NCBI GenBank assembly: GCA_024762975.1
Contig: JANTGJ010000005.1
Span: forward strand, 1-55,365
Source: Candidatus Krumholzibacteriia bacterium
GTDB taxonomy: Bacteria > Krumholzibacteriota > Krumholzibacteriia > LZORAL124-64-63
Direction of reading: 5' to 3'
DNA: 55,365 nucleotides
The translations under genes and the position numbers were made by a program. Positions 18,617 to 27,042 of this stretch are shown piece after piece (within the stretch, counting starts at the first letter, position 1; the number at the start of each line of letters is the position of its first letter). Under the pieces are notes generated by a model, which was not told the DNA's origin, did not search any database, and saw nothing but the letters and a program-made list of their open reading frames with translations.

Positions 18617-20130
18617 TGAATGAATTTTTCATTCCCGCCGTCGGATCCCAGGCCGGGCCTTTGCTGCCCTACTTGATCGTCGCGGCCGGGGGCCTGCTCG
18701 TGATGCTGGTGGACTCCTTCGTCAAGACCTTGAAGAAGGACCACCTCTCGTATCTGACACTGTTCGTCCTGCTCGGTGCGATCCTGGTACAGATCACGCG
18801 GGTACCGCAGGACGGGCCGGTGCTGGGCGGGATGATGCTGATCGGCGCCTATGCCCGCTTCTTCAATTTCCTGTTCCTCGGCGTCGGCGTGATGACCACC
18901 ATTTTCGCCACCGGCGGCTTTGACCGTGACGGTCTGTATCGTCCGGAGTTCTACCCGCTCCTGTTGTTCTCGATTCTGGGCATGATGGTCCTGGCCGCGG
19001 CGAACGACCTGCTGACCGTGTTTCTCGGGATCGAGACGATGAGTCTGTCGGTGTACGTGCTGGCCGGAGGAGTCCACGGAAATGTCCGCAGCTCCGAGGC
19101 GGGTTTCAAGTACCTGGTTCTCGGCGGGTTCTCGTCCGCATTCCTGCTGATGGGCATGGCCCTGTTGTACGGTTTCGCGGGCGGTACGGGCTTCGCTGAC
19201 CTGACTGCGGCACTGCGCGGTGACAGCCCTGATATCACTCTGCTGACGCTGGGTTCCGGTCTGGTACTGGTCGGAATGGGCTTCAAGGTGGCGATGGTTC
19301 CGTTCCACATGTGGACTCCCGATGTCTACGAAGGGGCTCCGAGTTACATCACCGGTTTCATGGCCACGGCCGTCAAGGCGGCGGGCTTCGCCATCCTCGT
19401 GCGCTTCGTTCTGTTGCTGCAGCCGCAGACTGCCTTTGCCTGGTATCCCGTGTTGACGGCTTTGACGGTGATCACGATGACTCTGGGCAACCTGGTGGCG
19501 CTGGCCCAGAGCAACATCAAACGCATGCTGGCCTGGTCTTCGATTGCTCACGCAGGCTACCTGCTGCTGGGTGTCGTGACGATGATTTCGCCGGCGGCGG
19601 GCGACAGTGAGATGATGCTCCGCTCGAGTGAGATCGGCGGTTCCGCCGGGTCGGCAATCCTGTTCTATCTGATCGCCTACACGTTGATGAATCTGGCCGC
19701 GTTCGGGATCATCAACATCCTGGGCAAGGGTCGGGGTGAAGATGGTGAGGAGATCCACCGGTACGCCGGCCTGTACCACCGCAATCCCGTGGCCGCTGCA
19801 ACGTTGACCGTAGCGTTGCTGTCGCTGGCCGGCATCCCGCCGATGGTCGGCTTCATGGGAAAATTCTACCTCTTCTCGGCGGTTGTCCGTGCGGGCCTGA
19901 TCCCGCTGGCGATCATCGGCGTGGTCAACTCCCTGATCTCGGTCTACTACTACCTGCGCGTCATGGTCATGATGTATATGAAGGACGAAGAAGAGGATAC
20001 CTACTCAGGAACCGAATGGGTGTCGGTGGTCACCTCCGGAATGCTGGCGCTACTGGTAATTTATCTGGGCATTCAGCCCAACGCTTTCCAGAGGGCGGCC
20101 GAAGTGATTTTTCGACAGATCACGTTTTGA
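18616..20130 (+). CDS. nuoN: NADH-quinone oxidoreductase subunit N
   Basis: SSEAGFKYLVLG, FKVAMVPFHMWTPDVYEGAP, LAQSNIKRMLAWSSIAHAGY, SLAGIPP..GF.GK. Confidence 0.97.
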   Translation: MNEFFIPAVGSQAGPLLPYLIVAAGGLLVMLVDSFVKTLKKDHLSYLTLFVLLGAILVQITRVPQDGPVLGGMMLIGAYARFFNFLFLGVGVMTTIFATGGFDRDGLYRPEFYPLLLFSILGMMVLAAANDLLTVFLGIETMSLSVYVLAGGVHGNVRSSEAGFKYLVLGGFSSAFLLMGMALLYGFAGGTGFADLTAALRGDSPDITLLTLGSGLVLVGMGFKVAMVPFHMWTPDVYEGAPSYITGFMATAVKAAGFAILVRFVLLLQPQTAFAWYPVLTALTVITMTLGNLVALAQSNIKRMLAWSSIAHAGYLLLGVVTMISPAAGDSEMMLRSSEIGGSAGSAILFYLIAYTLMNLAAFGIINILGKGRGEDGEEIHRYAGLYHRNPVAAATLTVALLSLAGIPPMVGFMGKFYLFSAVVRAGLIPLAIIGVVNSLISVYYYLRVMVMMYMKDEEEDTYSGTEWVSVVTSGMLALLVIYLGIQPNAFQRAAEVIFRQITF

Positions 20131-20233
20131 TGCGGAATCAAGACGGAACGGGCAGTACAAGTTGAAGCCATCGCACCGGGAGGCAAGACTTGTCCCAAAT
20201 ACAGTTTCCTGGTGACGACCCAGGGGGTAGAAG

Positions 20234-21148
20234 ATGCGTAGAATGATCGTATGGCTGGTGCTGGTCCAACTTGCACTGGGCCTGATGGTCTCCATTGCGA
20301 CGGCCGGCGACGAGGCGGGAATCAAATTCCGCGTCATCGTAGGCGAGTTCGAGGACAAGGCCGAGCACGGCTGGTATCACGGTCCGGGACCCGGGCAGGG
20401 AATGGCCGATATGCTGACCACCGCCCTGATGAAGAGCGGAAAGTTCCGGGTTTTCGAACGGGCGGCCCTGGACGAACTGCTGGCGGAAAAGAATCTGAGT
20501 ATGTCGGATCTGGCCAATCCGGGCGCCAATGCCGGGCAGAAACTGGAAATCGGGGACATCCTGATCAAGGCCGTCATCACCGAATTCGGGTACAAGGAGA
20601 GCAAGACCAAGGGGGGACTGATTTCCGGTGCCCTGAAGAAGGCCTCCGTCGGCTCCTATACCGGGCGCGTGGCGGCCGATATCCGGATGATCGACATCGG
20701 CACGGGCGAAGTCCTCTGGGCCGAATCGGTGAACAAGAGCGAGACGAGCCGCTCCCTGGGCATCACGACCAATGACTTCTCCTTCGGGAACCAGAAATCG
20801 TTCGATGATCATGTGGTCGGCAAGGCGACGCGCAAGGTCATCAACGCGGTAGTCAAGGAACTCTCCAAGCAGGTTCAGAACAAGCCGTGGCAGGGCGTCC
20901 TGATTACGGCCGACGAATTCCTGTTCATCGATGGCGGAACCGAACTGGGGCTGAAACCCGGCATGAAGTTCGAAGTGCTTCGCCAGGGCCGCGTCGTCAA
21001 GCATCCGAAGACCGGAAAGATCCTGAAGGTGATCACCGACAAGATCGGATTGGTAGAGGCCACCGAAGTCGAGGATGGCGTGACCACGGTTATCGCCAAA
21101 GAGGGCCAGGGCTTCGAAACCGGTGATCTGGTTCGAATCCGCAAGTGA
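20234..21148 (+). CDS. Exported CsgG/HfaB-like protein with C-terminal beta domain
   Basis: Signal peptide; GMADMLTTALMKSGKFRVFERAALDELLAE, AVITEFG, VAADIRMIDIGTGEVL are typical of CsgG/TolB_N-like folds; C-terminal FIDGG..LGLKPGMKFEV domain. Confidence 0.75.
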   Translation: MRRMIVWLVLVQLALGLMVSIATAGDEAGIKFRVIVGEFEDKAEHGWYHGPGPGQGMADMLTTALMKSGKFRVFERAALDELLAEKNLSMSDLANPGANAGQKLEIGDILIKAVITEFGYKESKTKGGLISGALKKASVGSYTGRVAADIRMIDIGTGEVLWAESVNKSETSRSLGITTNDFSFGNQKSFDDHVVGKATRKVINAVVKELSKQVQNKPWQGVLITADEFLFIDGGTELGLKPGMKFEVLRQGRVVKHPKTGKILKVITDKIGLVEATEVEDGVTTVIAKEGQGFETGDLVRIRK

Positions 21149-21172
21149 CACTCGCCGGTGCACCGGTGAATG

Positions 21173-21202
21173 AAAGGGACCGGCCGAAAAGCCGGTCCCT
21201 TT
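21173..21202. terminator. Bidirectional intrinsic terminator between convergent genes
   Basis: Perfect 12-bp inverted repeat AAAGGGACCGGC-cgaaaa-GCCGGTCCCTTT. Confidence 0.8.
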
Positions 21203-21220
21203 GCAGGATGGGGAGCGTGG

Positions 21221-22384
21221 CTAGCGGTAGGCCGGCAGGCCGGTGATTTCGGCGCCGATGATCAGGGTGTGGATATCGTGGGTGCCCTCATAGGTGTACA
21301 CCGATTCCAGATTCGCCATGTGCCGCCCGGGCGAGAATTCGTCCGTGATACCGGCGGCTCCCAGGATTTCCCGTGCCTGACGCGCACAATCCAGGGCCAT
21401 CGCCACGTTGTTCCGCTTGGCCAGACTGGTCAGCGGGGTTTCGTGGGTCCCCGAGTCCTTCAGCCGTCCCAATTGCAGAGCCAGGGCCTGGGCCTTGGTG
21501 ATCTCGGTGAGCATCGTGACCAGTTTCTGCTGTACCAGCTGGAATCCGGCGATGGGTTTGCCGAATTGCTCGCGCTGCCTCGCATATTCCAGTGCGACGT
21601 GGTAGCAATCGGAAGCGGCGCCGATCGCACCCCAGGCGATGCCGTAGCGGGCCTCGTTCAGGCAGGACAGGGGAGCTTTCAGGCCCCGGGCACCAGGCAG
21701 CAGCGCCGAGGCGGGCAGGCGCACTTCGTCGAACGCCAACTCGCCCGTGTCGCTCGCGCGCAGGGAAAATTTGCCGCCGATGGGGTGGGCAGTAAATCCC
21801 GGGGTGCCGGCTTCGACCAGAAATCCGGCGACGCCTTCCTCGGTACGGGCCCAGACCACGGCTACGTCCGCCACGTCGGCATTCGTGATCCACATCTTGT
21901 TGCCGGTCAGGATCCATTCGTTGCCGTCGCGTACCGCACGCGTTTTCATCGCCCCGGGATCCGAGCCATGGTCCGGTTCGGTCAGGCCGAAACAGCCAAC
22001 CCGTTTGCCGGCTGCCAGCTCGGGCAACCATTTCTGCTGTTGCTCAACGGTGCCGAAGGTCGCGATCGGCCACATCACGAGGCTGCCCTGCACCGAGACG
22101 AAACTGCGCAGGCCACTGTCGCCGCGTTCCAGCTCGCGGCAGATGAGGCCGTAGATCGTCTGGCTCATCCCGGGGCAGCCGGGTCCATGGACCGCGGCTC
22201 CCAGCAGACCCAGTCCACCCATTTCCGGGGACAATTCCATCGGGAAGGTGCCCTGGCGGAAGTGTTCCCTGATATCAGGCGCAAAGCGATCTTCGACGAA
22301 CCGACGGACCGTCTGCACCACGCCACGTTCCTCGTCGCTGAGGGTTTCATCGAGGCGGTAGAAATCGACTCCGGAATAGGTCAT
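21221..22384 (-). CDS. gcdH: Glutaryl-CoA dehydrogenase-like acyl-CoA dehydrogenase
   Basis: ELERGDSGLRSFVSVQGSLVM, GCFGLTEPDHGSDPG, CLNEARYGIAWGA, NLESVYTYEGTHDIH. Confidence 0.88.
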   Translation of the reverse strand: MTYSGVDFYRLDETLSDEERGVVQTVRRFVEDRFAPDIREHFRQGTFPMELSPEMGGLGLLGAAVHGPGCPGMSQTIYGLICRELERGDSGLRSFVSVQGSLVMWPIATFGTVEQQQKWLPELAAGKRVGCFGLTEPDHGSDPGAMKTRAVRDGNEWILTGNKMWITNADVADVAVVWARTEEGVAGFLVEAGTPGFTAHPIGGKFSLRASDTGELAFDEVRLPASALLPGARGLKAPLSCLNEARYGIAWGAIGAASDCYHVALEYARQREQFGKPIAGFQLVQQKLVTMLTEITKAQALALQLGRLKDSGTHETPLTSLAKRNNVAMALDCARQAREILGAAGITDEFSPGRHMANLESVYTYEGTHDIHTLIIGAEITGLPAYR

Positions 22385-22385
22385 C

Positions 22386-22604
22386 TCAGATCTGCTCGAC
22401 GGAGACGACCTCGGGAATCCGTTCCTTCATGCGCGCTTCGATGCCCTGCTTCAGGGTCATCATGCTCATCGGGCAGTTGCCGCAGGCGCCCTGCATGCGC
22501 ACGAGCACGATTCCGTCCTTGTAGTCGATGAACTCGACGTCGCCGCCGTCGGCCTGCAGTGCGGGGCGGATCTCGTCCAGGACAGCTTCAATCTGATCTT
22601 TCAT
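22386..22604 (-). CDS. NifU C-terminal (Nfu) domain Fe-S carrier protein
   Basis: IRPALQADGGDVE...GACGNCP.S..TLK.GIE (CxxC). Confidence 0.93.
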   Translation of the reverse strand: MKDQIEAVLDEIRPALQADGGDVEFIDYKDGIVLVRMQGACGNCPMSMMTLKQGIEARMKERIPEVVSVEQI

Positions 22605-22649
22605 CGGGATACCTCAGGGTCAGGGAAATTGGACCGTCTCTTCCCCCAC

Positions 22650-22677
22650 AAGCTACCGTACCAATCGGCCGTGTCAA
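22650..22677 (-). promoter_or_regulatory. Sigma70-type promoter for nifU-domain gene and gcdH
   Basis: Minus strand TTGACA, 16 nt spacer, TAGCTT. Confidence 0.5.
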
Positions 22678-22712
22678 CCTCGGTTCAACGGATTCGCGCG
22701 GTGCGATAGCGG

Positions 22713-22741
22713 TTGTCCGCTCCCCGCGCGGCGGGTATCAT
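22713..22741 (+). promoter_or_regulatory. Possible sigma70-type promoter for the suhB operon
   Basis: TTGTCC, 17 nt spacer, TATCAT. Confidence 0.4.
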
Positions 22742-22815
22742 GTCTGCACTGCGGGGGGTCCAGGATCGGCCCGCATTTTTATCATCCCTCACCCTTTGCA
22801 GCGACAGGATACGCG

Positions 22816-23685
22816 ATGAATCCCGAGGCCGGAATCGATGGCGGCGAGCTCTTGAGAAATATTCGCATGTGGGCTCTGGAAGCGGGAGGGATGCTGCTTG
22901 CCGGAATGGAAGATGTCCACGAAATCGACGCGAAGGCCGGTACCGAATTTGTCACCGAGATGGATCGTCAGGTCGAGGACTATCTGCTGGAGCGCATCGG
23001 GACCGCCTACCCGGAGGACCGGATCGCCGCCGAAGAGAGCGGTTGGAGCGGAAAAGCGGGGAAGCGAACCTGGTATGTCGACCCGCTGGACGGCACGACG
23101 AACTACGCTCATGGCTATCCCATTTTCGGAGTCTCGATCGCCTGTGCCGAGGCGGATGCGGTTCTTGCCGGCGGTGTATTTGCTCCCTATCTGGATGAGC
23201 TGTATCTGGCCGAGCGCGGCGCCGGTGCGCGGGTTCAGCGACCGTCTCACGGTACTTCACGCCGGTTGTCGCGGCCCGAGACCAGAACCCTGACCGAATC
23301 GCTGGTGGCCACCGGATTCCCCTACGAACGAGATCAACTGGTGGACAAGAATACGGAATTGGCTGGAGCATTCCTGAAGCAATGCTGTCACGGTCTGCGT
23401 CGGGGGGGCAGTGCGGCCGTGGACCTGTGCCACGTGGCGGCCGGCAAGTTGGATGGTTTCTGGGAATTCAAGCTGCGGCCCTGGGATACGGCAGCCGGCA
23501 CGCTGATCGCACGCGAGGCGGGGATTCGGGTCACCGACTTCGCAGGTCAGGAATCGCCGATCCACACGGCGACGATCCTGGCCGCGGTCCATGGACTGCA
23601 CGGCGAGATGCTCTCGATTCTGGCAGAACATGACGCCCGGGGATGCGCACCTTCGGCCGCCAGCTACCCCGGAGGGATGCCATGA
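22816..23685 (+). CDS. suhB: Inositol monophosphatase family protein
   Basis: AEES, WYVDPLDGTTNYAHG, ATGFPY, RRGGSAAVDLCHVAAG, LRPWDTAAG. Confidence 0.9.
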   Translation: MNPEAGIDGGELLRNIRMWALEAGGMLLAGMEDVHEIDAKAGTEFVTEMDRQVEDYLLERIGTAYPEDRIAAEESGWSGKAGKRTWYVDPLDGTTNYAHGYPIFGVSIACAEADAVLAGGVFAPYLDELYLAERGAGARVQRPSHGTSRRLSRPETRTLTESLVATGFPYERDQLVDKNTELAGAFLKQCCHGLRRGGSAAVDLCHVAAGKLDGFWEFKLRPWDTAAGTLIAREAGIRVTDFAGQESPIHTATILAAVHGLHGEMLSILAEHDARGCAPSAASYPGGMP

Positions 23686-25283
23686 GTTACGACTGGGTTT
23701 CCGTTCTTCCGCCATTGTTGGCAATCGGGTTGGCGCTGTGGACCCGCCAGGTCATCGTTGCGCTCTTCATCGGGGTGTGGGTGGGCGCTTCCCTGGTCAC
23801 GGGCAATCCGGCTTCGGCACTGCTGCGTGTCGGAGACGAGTATCTGGTTGGTGCCCTGGCCGACAACTCCCACGCGGCGATTATTCTGTTCACTTCCATC
23901 CTGGGCGGGATGGTGGGGATCCTCTCGCGCAGCGGCGCCACTGAAGGTGTGGTTCATTGGCTCAGCAAGCGCATCGACAGCCGTCGCAGCGGACAGGTAT
24001 CCACAGCAGGCCTGGGAACGATCATCTTCTTCGATGACTACGCCAATACGCTGCTGGTGGGTTCGACGATGCGCCCGTTGTCGGATCGGTTGCGCATTTC
24101 GCGAGAGAAACTGGCATGGCTGGTCGATTCGACGGCCGCGCCGGTGACCACGGTGGCGGTGATTTCGACCTGGGTCGGATTCGAGATCGGCTTGATCCAG
24201 GATGCGATGGCCCAATTGCAGGACGGTCGCGCTGCCTACACTTTCTTTCTGCAGTCGATTCCCTACAGCTACTACCCGCTGCTGACGTTGCTGATGGTCT
24301 ACCTGGTGGCGATCACCGGCCGGGACTTCGGCCCGATGCGCGCCGCCGAGGAGCGCGCCCTGCGCACGGGCAAGGTCCTGCGCGACGGCGCCCGCCCGGC
24401 CAACGAGTTGCCCGGTAGGGTGGAAGATCCCGAGGATTCCGATCCGGCGCCGCCCTACCTGGCCGGCCTGCCGATTCTGGCGGTCATCCTCACGACGGCG
24501 GCCGGGTTGTATTTTGGGGGCAGGAAAGTCGCTCTGGCGGAAGGAATTTCGTCCCCGGGAATTCGCGAAATCCTGAACCATTCCGATAGCTTCGCCGTGC
24601 TTTCCTGGGCTGCCCTGATCGGTGCTTTGCTGGCCGTCTTCCTGGTGGTGGCGACGCGGCGTCTGAGTCTGGTCGAGGCCCTGGACGGTTTCCTCGAGGG
24701 TGTCAAGGCCATGCTGATCGCAGTGACCATTCTGGTGCTGGCCTGGAGCCTGAGCGCGGTTTGCGAAAAACTGGGCACGGCCGATTTCCTGATCGAGATC
24801 AGCCGTCAGGCGCTTTCGGCGCGGTTGTTGCCGGTGGTGATGTTCACGCTGGCTGGTGCCGTCAGCTTTGCTACGGGTACGAGTTGGGGGACGATGGCGA
24901 TCCTGATGCCGTTGGTCTATCCCCTCGGTGCGGACCTGCCGATCGCAGCCGGTCTGGATGCGACCACGGCGCAGCACATCCATCTGGCGGCGGTCAGCGC
25001 GGTTCTGGCCGGGGCGGTCTTCGGGGACCACTGCTCGCCGATCTCCGATACGACAATCCTCTCGTCGCTGGCCTCGGGCTCGGATCATGTCGATCATGTC
25101 AGGACGCAGCTGCCCTATGCCCTGTCGGTGGCTGGTGTGTCCGGAGTCTGCGGATACCTGCCGGTCGGATTCGGTGTTGCGCCCTGGATCTCGTTGTTGA
25201 TCGGGGCTGCGGCGGTGGTCGGTCTGGTCTTCGGGCTGGGACGGACTGTGAGTGTGGCGCCCGACGAAAGCGATGCGAGATGA
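23682..25283 (+). CDS. Na+/H+ antiporter NhaC family transporter
   Basis: IIFFDDYANTL, SREKLAWLVDSTAAP, FATGTSWGTMAI, GAVFGDHCSPISDTTILSS...HVDHVRTQLPYA; ATGA overlap with suhB. Confidence 0.92.
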   Translation: MSYDWVSVLPPLLAIGLALWTRQVIVALFIGVWVGASLVTGNPASALLRVGDEYLVGALADNSHAAIILFTSILGGMVGILSRSGATEGVVHWLSKRIDSRRSGQVSTAGLGTIIFFDDYANTLLVGSTMRPLSDRLRISREKLAWLVDSTAAPVTTVAVISTWVGFEIGLIQDAMAQLQDGRAAYTFFLQSIPYSYYPLLTLLMVYLVAITGRDFGPMRAAEERALRTGKVLRDGARPANELPGRVEDPEDSDPAPPYLAGLPILAVILTTAAGLYFGGRKVALAEGISSPGIREILNHSDSFAVLSWAALIGALLAVFLVVATRRLSLVEALDGFLEGVKAMLIAVTILVLAWSLSAVCEKLGTADFLIEISRQALSARLLPVVMFTLAGAVSFATGTSWGTMAILMPLVYPLGADLPIAAGLDATTAQHIHLAAVSAVLAGAVFGDHCSPISDTTILSSLASGSDHVDHVRTQLPYALSVAGVSGVCGYLPVGFGVAPWISLLIGAAAVVGLVFGLGRTVSVAPDESDAR

Positions 25284-26119
25284 AACCGATCCTCACCCTG
25301 CTGACGGATTTTGGTCGGACCGACCCTTGGGTCGGTGCCGTACGGGGAGTGCTCTGCACCGAATGGAGCCGCTGGCCCGGCGAGACCCTTCCGCCGCACG
25401 TGGTGGATCTTGGACACGAGGTGCCCCGCGGGGATGTGGAGGCGGCGGCGTGGTTTCTTTCGTACGTCGCTCCCGAGTTTCCGGCCGATACGGTCCACCT
25501 TGCGGTGGTCGATCCGGGGGTGGGCGGAGACCGGTTGCCGGTCGCGCTATCGGCCGGCGGCCAGATCTATGTCGGGCCCGGCAACGGACTGTTTCGGCCG
25601 ATTCTCGACGACGCAAAGCAACGGGGTGAGAACGTGGCCGTGGTACAGCTGGACAACCCGCTCTATCGTCGCGATGTCGAACGGAATTCGGCCACTTTTG
25701 ACGGTCGTGACGTTTTCGCACCCGCGGCAGCGCATCTGGCACTCGGCGTACCGCTGGAACAGGTAGGCTCGCCGTGTGACGATTCGGCGATCGGCCAGGT
25801 GCCGGGACAGGGATTTCCCGCCGGCAGTGGTGCCGGAGGGCGCCGGTTCCGGGTTCGCTGGATCGATCGCTTCGGCAATGCAATCACTGATCTGGAAAGG
25901 GAGTCCGAGGTGGGGGCGGCGCTGACGGCGGGCCGCGAGGTGGAGATCGCCGGCGCCCGGATCCCCGGGCCGCTGCGTTCCTATGTTCACGCCGAGCCGG
26001 AAACCCCATTCTGGTACTGGGGAAGTGGGGGAACTCTGGAAATCGCGGTACGCGATGGGGACGCCGCCGCCCGGCTGGGCCTGGAACGGGGGCTGGCCCT
26101 GTACGTGCCGGGACTGTAG
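25280..26119 (+). CDS. SAM-dependent chlorinase/fluorinase/SAM hydroxide adenosyltransferase (DUF62) family
   Basis: LTLLTDFG, VHLAVVDPGVG..R, GP.NG, TFDGRDVFAPAAA, DRFGNAIT, LEIAV..G.AA; ATGA overlap with the NhaC gene. Confidence 0.9.
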   Translation: MKPILTLLTDFGRTDPWVGAVRGVLCTEWSRWPGETLPPHVVDLGHEVPRGDVEAAAWFLSYVAPEFPADTVHLAVVDPGVGGDRLPVALSAGGQIYVGPGNGLFRPILDDAKQRGENVAVVQLDNPLYRRDVERNSATFDGRDVFAPAAAHLALGVPLEQVGSPCDDSAIGQVPGQGFPAGSGAGGRRFRVRWIDRFGNAITDLERESEVGAALTAGREVEIAGARIPGPLRSYVHAEPETPFWYWGSGGTLEIAVRDGDAAARLGLERGLALYVPGL

Positions 26120-26184
26120 TTTTAGATCAATCGGCGGCTCGACCGCCCTACTGTACTCCCCGGCGTCAGGTGGAGGCGCACCGA

Positions 26185-26955
26185 ATGACACGGATTTCCA
26201 AACGCAACTTGCAACCGGTCGCCCTGCTGATCGCCGGCGCGGCCATCCTGCTGGTGGCCGGTTGTGGCCGCACGGGAAATATCAACATCGACTATCCGGC
26301 CGAGCAGGTCGATTTTCAGATCCAGGGAGGGCGAGTTCCCGGACTGTACATCGAGCGTGTGGTCGATCTGCGACCATTGGCGCAGAAGCGCGGCGGCGGA
26401 TATTTTTTCGAGATCCGCTATCCGAAGGACAAGGACTGGGCGCGGGATCCGGCCGAGTTGTACGCCGAAGCCCTGGCACGGGATCTCGAGCAGACGCACC
26501 TGGTGGAAATGGTCCCGTTGCGCGCCCAGGCGGATTACGTCCTGGAGGCCGATGTCCTGCAGCTGGGGTGCCGCTTTCAAAGATCGCTGAATTCATTCCT
26601 GGTTCCGGGAATCCTGGGCGCCGGGGTTGGAGCTTTCTTCGGTGATGATTTCTCGGGGAGGGCCAAGCGGGGCGCGGTGGGCGCGGTGCTGGGCATCGTG
26701 GCCATTCCCATGCCGTCGAAGAATCACGCAGTGGCCGAAATCCGGCTGACCTTGCGCGACAACACGGGCAACCAGCTGTGGCAGGAGCGGTGCCTCGGCG
26801 AGGTCGATGAGCGACTGTCGGCCACCGCGACCTCGCGCAGCGATCAGAAGTGGCTGAACCGGACCTTGCCCCGGGCGATCAAGAAGGCCAACGGCTGTCT
26901 CGTGGGACAGTTGCGGCGGAAGATGATCGAGCTCGGCGAGAGCGAGCCGCGCTAG
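26185..26955 (+). CDS. Putative lipoprotein (YajG-like fold possible)
   Basis: Signal peptide with lipobox LVAG-C; VVDLRP motif; internal glycine-rich hydrophobic hairpin; GGAGG RBS. Confidence 0.65.
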   Translation: MTRISKRNLQPVALLIAGAAILLVAGCGRTGNINIDYPAEQVDFQIQGGRVPGLYIERVVDLRPLAQKRGGGYFFEIRYPKDKDWARDPAELYAEALARDLEQTHLVEMVPLRAQADYVLEADVLQLGCRFQRSLNSFLVPGILGAGVGAFFGDDFSGRAKRGAVGAVLGIVAIPMPSKNHAVAEIRLTLRDNTGNQLWQERCLGEVDERLSATATSRSDQKWLNRTLPRAIKKANGCLVGQLRRKMIELGESEPR

Positions 26956-27042
26956 CCCGTTCCGAAAACGAGTCGCGAAAACGAGCCGCAGAACGAACAA
27001 GCGCCGCCCCTCCGGACGGCGCCCGTTCCTCGAGGAATTCGT

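Noticed and set aside
26963-27000. Short tandem repeat CGAAAACGAG(T/C)CG x2 plus a degenerate third copy between convergent genes
   Set aside because: Only two good 13-nt copies with no spacers; not CRISPR-like and too short to interpret.
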